64,000 nt of DNA from Toensbergia leucococca (Eukaryota), in the NCBI GenBank assembly GCA_022813965.1, contig JALDZS010000035.1:62001-126000 (forward strand), in the 5' to 3' direction. Below the pieces are notes generated by a model. The model did no database searches. It saw only the letters and a program-made list of their open reading frames with translations, and was not told where the DNA came from. Positions 38,857 through 49,916 of the stretch are shown here, in pieces. A program made the translations under genes and the position numbers. How positions within the stretch are numbered: position 1 is the stretch's first letter; each line of letters opens with the position of its first letter.

Positions 38857-40046
38857 TCATACTCAGTACCCTCATACGTTAGGCTGAATGAGTGTATTCA
38901 TAATGCTGTGAAATGCTTGATGTAACTGATGATTCTCACTACTGATTTTGCTCTGTAAACTTGACATTCAGCTGTCTACATTCACCTCATTATTCTATTC
39001 TCATCAGTAAGAAAGTATAATGACTTAAATAGACAATAGTGTTCATACTTGTGCTTGAGTGAATGTGCATAAATGAGTCTTTTGAAAATATTTAAAAAGC
39101 CTCAGTCTCAATCTTGATTAGAAGAGATTAAATAGGTGTAAGGGCGCAGAGATTGTCTGAGAGTGATGTGTGTGTGTGAGAAAAGGTCTTGACTGTGAAA
39201 CGCACTTGTTTTTTGGTTTCTCTTTTGACTTCACTCACCATACCCCCTTTTCTCACTCAAGTGCTTCTTTTTTTTCTTATTGTTATAATTCTGCACCTTT
39301 CTCTTTTTCTCTTTGTGATTACAAACTCTCTTCCCCTCTTACACATTAGCTCAAAACAATCTTTCTCATCACAACTTCTCTCTCTCTCTCTCTCAAAAAA
39401 AGGCTTAATACATTCTTCAAAACCTACTCATATAAAGAAAAAACAAACTCAAAAACCAACAATTCAAAAGGTTTAAAAAAAAAAGAACGAAAACACAGTC
39501 AGTCACACAGAAAGACACTGTACTTCAAAGAAAGCAGTGATTATTTTCACAAAAGAGAGAAAAAAGCGATCGAAGGGGGAAGCACCACCTCCACTGCAAA
39601 TTAATCGGAGTACAAAACTGACCCATCCCATCCCAACCCTCCAAAACTCCCCCAAATCCCCACCTCCATTCCTCCAACCCCCATCTCCTCACCACAACCC
39701 CAACAACCGCTCCAATACCCACTCACTCGGGAAAAAAAAGGGAGGTGCATCAAAAATGCACTTTTCGAATACAAAGGGGGGTTCAAAGCACAGGATTCTC
39801 AGGCTCACTATCAAATGAATGCATGATTTTCGGGGCTTTGAGGATTGCTAGCCGAGGGGAAAGTATGGGAGGGCTCTGTGAGTGTGTGGGTTTGGGTTTA
39901 TCGTGGGTAGGTAAGGTTAGGAGTGATGGATGGAAAAGGGGTCAGAAAAATACCGTGGGTAGTTTTTGTGGAATGTGTAATTGCAGGTCCAAAGATCCCG
40001 GCTTCGTAATAAAACAGGGTATTACAGAAACAGACAAGCCGGCCAC

Positions 40047-41462
40047 TTATATCCTCCAACCCTCAAGCCCTTTTCTCCTCCGCTGCACCCCTCTTCTCTC
40101 TCCCTCCTCAAGACTCGTCCCCAGTCCCGAATCTCTCCACCCAGGCCCCTCCATCTCGCCCTCATCATCCTCATCATCCGCTTCCGCAGTCAACGGTTGC
40201 AGACCCGTCGTTCGCTGTATCTCTTCTTCTTCCTCCAGCTTGATCCTCTTCTCGTCGTCTTCTTCTTTTTTGGCTCGGTTTATGCGCGCCGAGTAGTGCA
40301 AAGGCATTTGGCGCCCGAGGGTGGGGAAGGAGCGGGAGGCGTCGGAGAGATCTTCCGTAGAGAAGGGATCGAAGATTTCCGAGTCTGAGGGTTCGGACTT
40401 TGTGGGAACCGGGGTGGCGGCGTTAGGTTCGTGCTTCGGGGTGGAAGAAGAGGAAAAGTAGGAGGAGAGGATTAGCCAGGCGATTAAAGTGGATGTAATG
40501 GACATGGCCCAGAAGGTGGTGGTGAAAGATAGGTAGGATATGATACGGTGGTTGTACAGCATCCACCTGTCATCTTCAAATTAGCCATTGCAACAAACTT
40601 CACAGGATCCCCGATGGGTTTTCAGGACGTACCGCAGTCCACCAAACCTTGCATCGATCTTGATACCCACTTCATAGAATTGCATCTTCTCGTCAGCCTC
40701 AATAATTACCCGTGCCGTGTTCGGTACATTCCTCCACCCTCGAGCAAATTCCACTCCCTCGAACATTTTGACCTCGAGGACCTCGCTTTCTTTCTTCCAG
40801 CCCATTATGTACCAAGGTAAGCCGCTAATTGTACTTGCTGCGTTTACGATTGGCGAGGTATATGTCAAGATGGCTGGACGTCTAGAGCGAGCGAGTACGG
40901 AAGTGGAATTGGTTGCAATGGTCAGGGAGGGTGGGAGCATGTCGGCTGTGGAAGATGATACAGTTGGTGAGAAGAGAGAAAGATCGAGCATGAAGTTTCC
41001 TGCCGCAACATTTGTGGGCGTGCGCGGGAGGTGGAGGAATACGGTAACGTCGTAAGATTGTGAGGAAGTCAGGGCAGACGAGAGAGTAGTGATGCCTTGT
41101 GGATGACCGTTACTGGCAGGACGCATTTATCAGGGACTCGAAAGCAAGCATTAATTGGGGTTGGGAATGGAATTAGGTCATACCCGAATTGCAGGTATAC
41201 AGTACGCTCCACGCTATTCTGAGGAACATAGTTGTAATAAAAAAGAGAGTAGGCCACACTCGAGACACCTAGGAGTAAAAAGCTGGCTGCGGTGAAGAGG
41301 AACGAGCCAAGGTAAACACGTTGGGCGGGTTTAGAGACAGCGGTACGGACTGGTATCAAGGCTGTATCCTGGAGAGCTCAGCTTGAACAAGTTGGGAGGA
41401 GTCTAGGGGAGAGATACCACAGCTTTCTTGAGCACTGATACCTCGTCGTTGGAGCTGTCCAT
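40047..41462 (-). CDS. SEI1: Seipin (lipid droplet biogenesis); exons 41462-41418, 41368-41184, 41112-40633, 40566-40047
   Basis: TM1 followed by FYYNYVP...VYLQFG, YDVTVFLHLPRTPTNVAAGNFMLDL, ARFGGLRWMLYNHRI and TM2. Confidence 0.9.
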
Positions 41463-42071
41463 GATGGCGCAAAGTGAAAAATGGGGCTGGTGGGAGCACT
41501 CGAGTGAACGGAATGACGTCCGCGAGGATAGAGTATTCTACGGTGACCCGGATTGCAATCATGTGCTGTCTTGATGTGCTGGATTGCTGGACTGTTGGTT
41601 CAGACATTTATTTGCTTTATTCGCACACGTACCCTTTTAACAGTTCAGCAATCTCATCACCCTGACCGCTGTTAATGATCTGCCTGTTGATGATCTGGCT
41701 GTGAATTGCTCTGTCATCCTATCTTGGCGCCATTAAAGGTCTATAAAGTAGCCAAAGCCACCCACATTTACGATGTATTTCATTTACTGTTCCAGCAGGC
41801 TTCTAGCACGACTTAGAACTTTTCATCTCCTTGCACTCGTCTCTTATCACTCTTGCCAATTTTTGCATCCATCGTTGTTTTGTGATTCCTCAGGCACGTA
41901 AACATTGCATTAGGTCCTGGCCGCAGCATTTCTGATTAGGGAGCTAAGAGCACATTTTGCCTCTTGGATTCTGTCTATCTGCCAAATCCTGGTTATCACT
42001 GTCATTTTGTGACTGCTTCGTGGAAAAGCTCCCGCACACGTTGCGTACCCCTTTTACGAATCTATCCGACT

Positions 42072-42770
42072 ATGTCTTTCCTTGACCGCCTTCCGTCGGA
42101 AATTCGTGTCATGATCTATGAATACTGCCTTGTGTTTGACGACTGGCTCATCCCGTACATGAGACCTGGGAACTTCAATCAGAGGCACAGCCTTGAGGAT
42201 GAACAGTGGGAAAGGCCCTCGCTAGCAGTTTTAATTGTTTTGGCCAACGTTCATTCGAAGAAAGATTTGAACTTCAAAGAAGAGGCAGAGCGGGTGCTAT
42301 ATTCGAAGAACACTGTGGTACTTATGAATCGTAATTCCACCCGTTTCTTCGAGAATATCGACGGGTCCTATCATGACCGTATCCGCTGGATCAGGTCTCT
42401 GGTCATTGTATTTGACATGGAAGACCACTATGAAGGCGAGTCTAGCAACTTTGGCTCGGAATGGCGTCAGGAATTCAACAGACATGATGTTGAACCGTTG
42501 CAGCGTTCCTGGAGTTGGAAGAAAGCTCGATATATTGCCGAAATGAAACTTGATTACCTCGAGATTAACATAGAAAGAGCATGTTGCCTCCAGAGTTGCT
42601 GCCGAATGGTTCAAAACGCGTTGATACCTGTTCAAACATTCAAGTACGGACCTCCAAAAGCAACAGTCATCACAGGATTTCGTAACACTAGCGATGAGGA
42701 AACCATTGGTGCGATGTTAAGAGCAACTTGGCAATATTACGATTTTAGTCCTGCTGCGCCTGCAAATTAG
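42072..42770 (+). CDS. F-box-like (LPSEIR) orphan protein, possibly truncated; frame stays open to 42980
   Basis: MSFLDRLPSEIRVMIYEYCL...EAERVLYSKN...CCLQSCCR; TATA-like ctataaa near 41741. Confidence 0.7.
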   Translation: MSFLDRLPSEIRVMIYEYCLVFDDWLIPYMRPGNFNQRHSLEDEQWERPSLAVLIVLANVHSKKDLNFKEEAERVLYSKNTVVLMNRNSTRFFENIDGSYHDRIRWIRSLVIVFDMEDHYEGESSNFGSEWRQEFNRHDVEPLQRSWSWKKARYIAEMKLDYLEINIERACCLQSCCRMVQNALIPVQTFKYGPPKATVITGFRNTSDEETIGAMLRATWQYYDFSPAAPAN

Positions 42771-43058
42771 CGCGATTTCCCTATTGGAATCTGGAGGCGC
42801 CATATCTGGAGATCGACTGTGTCCTCCAACCCAGAGAAAAGAGATGTCTTCCTTGGCCCAAATGTCTTAATCAACTTCCCGAACGACGGAGGAAATGCCA
42901 TCTATTCTTTGACATTCGGACCTCAGGCCGGTAACATTGAGACATTTGAGAAATGGTTCAAACCCCTGAAAATAAAGTAATGGAATTGCAGGTTTATACT
43001 GTATAACTTTACGACCAAACCCAACTCAGCCGCCCGCCATCCCCATCTCCCGGGCTCT

Positions 43059-43696
43059 TTATTGGCCCGCGGCCGCCAATTCGGTCAGCCATTGCTTCTC
43101 GCCCATCAACTTCCGTTCGCGCTCCTTGCAGAGCCTCAACTCCTCCTGCACTACTCGCGCATCGATTAGCCCCGATCTCATACTCGATTTCAGCATAGGC
43201 TCTTACGTTTGACCCACTCCTTCCTCCACACCATCCACTGCTCCCTATGCTCGTTCGCTACCGCCTCCACCCTCGCGTTTTTCTCCTCCCACCAGTCCGA
43301 CCTCGCCCTCAACGCCTTCCCCACCTCCACATCCGTCCTCCTCCGCCAAAACGACTTAAACTCCCCCTCTTTCATACTCAAAAACCCCGTCAATCTCTCT
43401 GGCAGCGGCTCGGGCTCCAGTATGAGCATCTTGTCGGCGCGGACCCACTTGATAATTTGGGTCTCTCTAACGACTCCATTGACCGGGCTTGAGGACGGGA
43501 CCGTACGCCGCTTATACACGCGGCTTCGACCCAGCCCGGGACTGGCACGAGGGAGGGGCGAAGGGCTCAGGCCCGAGGATCGACGCTGTCGTGATCTCTG
43601 ATGTCGAGATGGCTTGGCAGGGACGGCATCAGTGCCGTGTTGTGGGCGAAGTTGCCCAAGGATTGTGGAGATGTTCGATGGAGGAGCGGATGGCAT
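43059..43696 (-). CDS. Hypothetical protein with a charged, coiled-coil-like C-terminus; exons 43696-43207, 43150-43059
   Basis: Intron GTAAGA..GCTAAT..TAG extends the ORF with LQEELRLCKERERKLMGEKQWLTELAAAGQ*. Confidence 0.6.
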
Positions 43697-43901
43697 CTTC
43701 GATGAGAGAGAAGAGAAGAAACGGTCTTATATGAGACGATGATAGAATGGAATGGAGTGGTGAATGTGTAGGTGCGGTGAAGGGAAATTGAATCCAGTTG
43801 ACAGACCAGCTGCCTAGAGGATGTGTTGAAGGTTGAGTGAGGTGTTGAAGAAGGGCAGGTGAATGTGAGTGTAAGAAAGGAAGGGAGGATGGAAGCAGTG
43901 C

Positions 43902-43935
43902 AAGTGTAAGTGTAAGTGTAAGTGTAAGTGTGTGT
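43902..43935 (+). repeat. (AAGTGT)5 microsatellite
   Basis: aagtgtaagtgtaagtgtaagtgtaagtgtgtgt. Confidence 0.9.
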
Positions 43936-45962
43936 GCAGGTGTGTGTTCGAATCTCTTTTCTCTCTACAGAAGAAGAAGAAAGGAAGAAAAGACCTTCTG
44001 GCATGAAATTCTGGCTCCTTAAGTAGTTTTTCGCTTGGCATGTTTTCGAAATCAGATCAATGGGACAATAGTGTTGCTATTGTCAGTATTTCGTACGATT
44101 TGTGCTACGACATTCAGGGTGGTGGCGTCAATAAATGTTGCTATTGTCAATTCTTTGCAACTCCTTCTATGACAATCAAGGTGTGAGCATCATTATATAT
44201 TCTCATTGTTGCCATGTTTCAGCAATTGGATTCTTGAATGGTGTTGAGAATATTCAATGCATTTGGAACAGGCGGTGGCAATATAACTCCCTATTGTCCG
44301 CTAGTACGAACATCACACACTCCACGAGTCAACTCTCCCTCTCCGGATACCGCACGAATGCGATCTTTAAACGAACAGCTAATACTGACTTTGATAATCC
44401 ATTGTGGAATAGCCATCGAGGATTTGGACATCTCAGCCCAAACCGAATGATCAAACTTGCCAAACAAAGTACAGAAATGGAGATAGGTAATTGAAGGATT
44501 GCATGCTGTCAACAGGCCTGCAAGGTTATCAGATTGGATCAGCTCACTCGCAAAGTGGCTGATATCATTTGGGACTGATCAAACAATTTTGCTACTCATG
44601 AGAGGTCAAGTATCTGCCCACATTGACATTCAGAATGCCTCGAAGCCAGCCTATCTTTGCTCGTACATGATTCGTAGACGGAAATCAAACGCTTACGCTT
44701 CATCTCCGTCAATGTACTTCAAGAATTTTCATTCCCAACTTTTCATGTTATCAGCTTCCTCGTCCACCACTAATCACCAACACCTACAGACCCTCTCTCC
44801 GCGCGAGGAACCAATGACCCGCTTTGCAAGGTACAATCATCCTAGGTGCTTGGATTGTAACCTCATTTCGAATGCCACTTGAAAAATCTTAATACTTCCT
44901 TCTTGGAACCAACCATTCAATCAGCAACTTTTGGGCCAATCCGCCTTCTGCATTCCATTACTTTGTCCCCTGCACCCCCTCCCTTCACGTTCCCCCAATC
45001 CCACTATCCATTTTCCTTAGGTTGATCCTTTCCTCACGCTCACACCATTGAGACAAAACCCACATCAAGAATCTAACTCAAAGGCCAGAGGGATTTATTA
45101 CATCTGATTAGAAGCGAAAAGCACCCACCATTTCCCAACCCTCCTTGTCCGAATTTCTCTATCCCTTCTCCCGCACCCGCCATCCATACAATTCGCAACC
45201 ACGCCCCAATCACCACACTGCCCTTCTCCTCCCTTAAAACGCCAACTTCTGAAACACGACGCTCAACATCCAACCAAGCCAGCCAGCAAAAACATTGCCT
45301 TCCCTTCCATTCCCTCTCAGCTGACCCGATCTCCATGCTCAAGGACTTCCAGAAGCTAAACAGCTTTGAAGAATAAAATTAGTCAGATCAATCAACCCTG
45401 AGATTCAAAAGACAAAAAACAAAGCATAAGCAGACTAGGCAAAAACCCAAAGATTAGTTAGAGTGCTCATATGTGCGTTGGGAAAAAATGAAGGTTCTTG
45501 GCGAAGATTAAAATTCCGAGGGTTGGAAATGGATGATAAGGGTGAATTCTGTTCGAGATACGGACGGCTAGTCGAATGACCCTTTTTCCGAGGGTCATGG
45601 CTGAATTCCATCACACTCCGTGTGAGGTGTGCATTCATCTAATCTGTTGAAATTAAGATGTCTACCTATTTACTGCGTACGGAGTACATGGGATCGCAAT
45701 GCGAGGCGTTGTTAGCCCGCAGTGTGCGCGCTAGTAGCCTTATGTCCAAACAGGACTAGCGCATCCATAGCTACAATCCTACTCGTACGAGTACTGCGTC
45801 TGATCCGTCACACTCCGGATTTGTCATTCAATTTCAAATCAACATAGTTGTATCCATATATATAAAAAAGGAATAGATTAAGGGCAGGGTATAAGATACA
45901 CAAATCTCTTCCAATCACTACTATCCAATCTTCCAGTCTATCGTAGCTCCAACATTACCACC

Positions 45963-47189
45963 ATGGCTGTAAGCACTCGAAAACCAATTCTCATCTCCGG
46001 CGCCGGCCTTGCCTCCCTCTTGCTCGCGCAGTCCCTCCTCCGCGCCTCCATCCCCTTCCTAATTTTTGAGCGGGACACCTCATTCTCCTTCCGCGCACAA
46101 GGGTACAGGCTACGTCTCTCCTCAGAAGGATTGAATGCCATTGAGTCCGTGCTCGGCCCAGAGGGCTTCCAGAGATTCTGGGACAAATGTGGCAAGACTG
46201 GTGGCGGTGGATTTGCAGCTATCGACGCAACAACAGGTTCGCAGATTTCCGAGCCCGCGAAGGATGTAAATCTTGAAAAAGGTGGAGGTGAGAAAGCAAA
46301 AGGGCCACAAGAGACCCTCGCATCCCGCGATGGAAAGATCGTAGGAATTTCAAGGGGCGATATGCGCAAATTCTTCATGTCCGGGTGCGAGTCTTCTATT
46401 CAATGGTCGCGCCATGTCACAAGCTACGAATTACTTTCTTCCGGTGTCCGCGCAATCTTCGCAGACGGCTCTAAATCAGTCGATGGGGAAATGTTAGTCG
46501 GCGGTGAGGGTATTTATTCCAAAGTCGCGAAACAGCTATCTCAAGGAAAGCTCAAAGTTTACGATACCGGCGCAAGAGGTATACATGGCCAAGCACCAAC
46601 CACGGCGTTTAAAGGCCTTGGGGAAGGTGTTTGGCGACTAACAGATGACTCCAACGTTAACGGAAGAGTCTTCGCTATCACCAACGTCCGGTCAGGTGAC
46701 TTGGATGATCCCAACGTGCAGTTTGGGTGGACAATGGGAGCTCAGCCAGGCGTCATCAGGGCGCCGAATGACGACTATTCCATGCTCGGAACTCCAGCCG
46801 CTGAGATAGCGAAAGCGCTTACCGCAGATTGGCATCCTCGTATTAAGCCCATTTTCGAAGAGATGGCGGAGTCCGAAGCGGCGTTCTGGAAGATTACTTG
46901 CTCCACTCCAACTGGCGTCCCGGAATGGCGAAACGAGCCGCGTGTCACTGTCATCGGAGACGCCGCGCATTCGATGACACCTGCTGGTGGGATTGGTGCA
47001 AACACGGCTGTTAGAGACTCTGCGCTTCTTGGTGGACTCCTAGCTGAGGCGGGTGGGTATAAAGACGGCGTGACCGCGGCTTATGAGAGAGAGATGAGGG
47101 TCTATGCGAGTGAGGCGGTTAAGGCAAGTTATGGAATGGCAAAAGGCCAGTTTGGGATTTCTATCGACGAGAACTCAGAAACGGTTTGA
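45963..47189 (+). CDS. FAD-dependent monooxygenase (group A-like), intronless
   Basis: ILISGAGLASL, RAQGYRL, LVGGEGIYS and VTVIGDAAHSMTPAGGIGANTAVRDS; TATA near 45857. Confidence 0.92.
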   Translation: MAVSTRKPILISGAGLASLLLAQSLLRASIPFLIFERDTSFSFRAQGYRLRLSSEGLNAIESVLGPEGFQRFWDKCGKTGGGGFAAIDATTGSQISEPAKDVNLEKGGGEKAKGPQETLASRDGKIVGISRGDMRKFFMSGCESSIQWSRHVTSYELLSSGVRAIFADGSKSVDGEMLVGGEGIYSKVAKQLSQGKLKVYDTGARGIHGQAPTTAFKGLGEGVWRLTDDSNVNGRVFAITNVRSGDLDDPNVQFGWTMGAQPGVIRAPNDDYSMLGTPAAEIAKALTADWHPRIKPIFEEMAESEAAFWKITCSTPTGVPEWRNEPRVTVIGDAAHSMTPAGGIGANTAVRDSALLGGLLAEAGGYKDGVTAAYEREMRVYASEAVKASYGMAKGQFGISIDENSETV

Positions 47190-48028
47190 AGCGAAGGAGG
47201 CTACAATTCAGTGTCTATCGATTCATAGCCTCGAACTTACGCCATGTAAGGATCATTCTCTATTAGAGTTCTGCAATGACCGCGAGATACCCGCAGACCA
47301 AGGCTCCAATGTCCAACCCATTGTTCTCTATTGCCGAAAAGGTCATCTGCAAACCTCGACATTTGTCGCCAACTCGCAGATTATGGACGCTCGGATGGAG
47401 TCGAGATATAGGAGGCAATGCAGATTTACTCTCATGAAGCAGCAAACCTGTGCTTGGATTGCTGTGCGTGTTCGGCTGAGCATGTATGACTTACGATGTT
47501 GTGAATGTTCAGGTGAATAATGATTGGGTCTTGGTAGAGTGTTCGTGCCTTGGGGTCAATACTTGCGTATTATATACAAGTAGAGCAGTGAATATTTGAG
47601 CATAGTGAAAGAAAGCTGAAGTCGAAATTAGGACCATTGTAAACATTGATGTTGATGTTTTGGAGTGAGTACCTCCGTAGATTTGGAGGATAACAAAAGA
47701 TCCCTGTTGAACCCTGCGTTGCAACGTTTGCGCTTGCGAAGTAGAATACCAGCGAGCCAGCTGAAGGCAGCGAGAACAATTAGAAAGCACAACCAGCACG
47801 GAGCACACAACAAAGCCTCACCACCCCGCCATCATCTTACGCAAAAGGAAGCTCAGAGCCGTTGAACGTCTATTGATACCTACCACAAGTACTCAATCAC
47901 CACCTTCCGAGAACCTACTGCTCCTTCTAAGCGCAACGAACAACAAAGCGAACTCCTAACAGTTCGAGTACCTAAGCTTCAAGCATACCATCCCTGTTGA
48001 TTAGCAAAACCAGCTGGACCGAGTCAAA

Positions 48029-48853
48029 ATGACTTTGGCTGAGGAATTCAGGTCGCGCAACTTTAGTGAGTGGTCGAAGAAAGCTGTATTTACTTGCGGC
48101 TTTGCTGACTAGCTCCGCGATCCAGGCATATACGGTCAATGGTCAGTAATATGAACACTCCGAACCTCACCATCCTATATTCTTGAATTCTTGCCGGCCT
48201 CAAGAATCCTTGGAAATATCGGACAAACATCCACGATCAAGAGCTTGCAGGCTCCACGCTGAGCACCTCAGAGCAGTTCACTCTTAGGGCAAACTTGGGC
48301 TAAGGATATCATAACTGTGTTTTCGTCGATAATATCACTCCGCTATACTACCTGCTATGTCTCAAGGAAAAGGCCCTTACTAATGTCATTGCATGAGTAG
48401 GATGGGCGTACTGTGTATACTACTTTGTCTCGCACTCGGCATTGCCAACCTCCTCCATGTCTCTCTCATCATTATTTTCAGCATCATCTGCCTGTAGGTG
48501 TTTTGACATTCCTTCCCGCATTCGTTAGCATTGCTAATAGGGTTATCGATAGCTGCTCCGGTCTCATCCTAATATTCGTTGAGATTCCACTCCTCCTGCG
48601 TATCTGCCCGACCTCAAGCAAATTCGATGTATTCATCCGGCGCTTCACAACAAATTATATGCGGGCTGGAATCTATGGGATCATGAGTCTGGTGCAGTGG
48701 CTCAGTATCATTGTTGATTCGACAAGCTTGATCGCTGCAGCAGTTGTCCTTTTACTGGCCGGGGCTTGTTACGCAATAGCGGGAGTAAGAGGACAAGGAT
48801 TTGTGGGAAGCAAGACGCTGGGGGGCCAGGGAGTGGCACAGATGATTGTTTAG
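48029..48853 (+). CDS. TVP18: Golgi membrane protein Tvp18; exons 48029-48065, 48126-48141, 48401-48493, 48553-48853
   Basis: MTLAEEFRSRNFSIYGQW...FVEIPLLLRICPTS...GSKTLGGQGVAQMIV. Confidence 0.92.
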
Positions 48854-49916
48854 AACGTCACGAGGAGACAATGCAAGTGCTGGCTGAGTGATTCGTCGAG
48901 AAGAGGTCAAAAGGTCAAGTGACGATGCTAGTGGAAGGTAATTATCACGGGTGTTGCTAAAAGGGTCATAGAAGCGATCTTCTTTCTTGGCGGTCATGTC
49001 TTACTATCCTGATTTTCAAGCGTAAGGGGAAATGGGCGACGTCGGTGGTCTTGCTTTTCTCAGCAGGGCTTTCCAACTCAATGGCAGGAGCACGGGCACT
49101 TCTATTGGCGCAGATTATGGAGAAATCGGGTATTTGTTACGCCCCTCGGCCCCCTCGTGCTGCGGGGGAGGCTTATGCATATGCAAACGCCTTTGTCATG
49201 GGCTGAAATGAAAATTCGATTGAAAATACCTCATAAGTGAGCAGCTGCAAATAGGGAAAAACACAGATTTTGAAAAGCCATCATCTGATGTTGTGCCTAT
49301 GGTGTATGCTGCACTGGATTTACTACAATTAAAAAGAGTCGGTGTTGTTGCTCCTTGATATTTAGGTACGAGGGTACCTGACGAGATCAAAGCCACAGTG
49401 GCGTACCTACCGTACTACCTTATTCTATGTCTTACGACAGTTGAATACTACCTTAGCGTCGATCATGAGCCACTCTTAAGAACTCCACCTTCCTTCGGCT
49501 TCAATCCGTCGAGGCCCGCATCTGCCAATTCCTTTGCCTTTGCTGCTTCAAACTAATAAATCCTTCACCTGATTTATTAAATCTCAAGAGTAAGTGAAGA
49601 GCCAAGCCGCCTGCTTCCTATTCCGCCAGCCTGGACATTGAAATTATCAAATCTCACATTATCCGTACACCGCTCTTTGTCGACAGAAGCTTCTCCTTGA
49701 TAGAATCCTCAAAGACACACTGGTGATATCGAAGTCCACAAGGTGGGGACGATGATATACATATTGCTCCTCTACTTGTTGCCTGTGCTACTCTAAATGA
49801 AGCTTTGTGGTGCATTTCAATGGAGCACCTACCTAACGTCATAACACTATGATCATTACGCTGCTCTATTTTCTGGCGCTGACCTATTCTTTTCGACTTT
49901 TAGAAATTTCCATACC

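Noticed and set aside
16534..47189. Secondary-metabolite cluster (reductase plus monooxygenase)
   Set aside because: The genes are about 28 kb apart, separated by housekeeping genes, and no backbone synthase is present.
48142..48400. Longer TVP18 intron as a snoRNA host
   Set aside because: A small hairpin is present, but I found no convincing C/D or H/ACA box arrangement.
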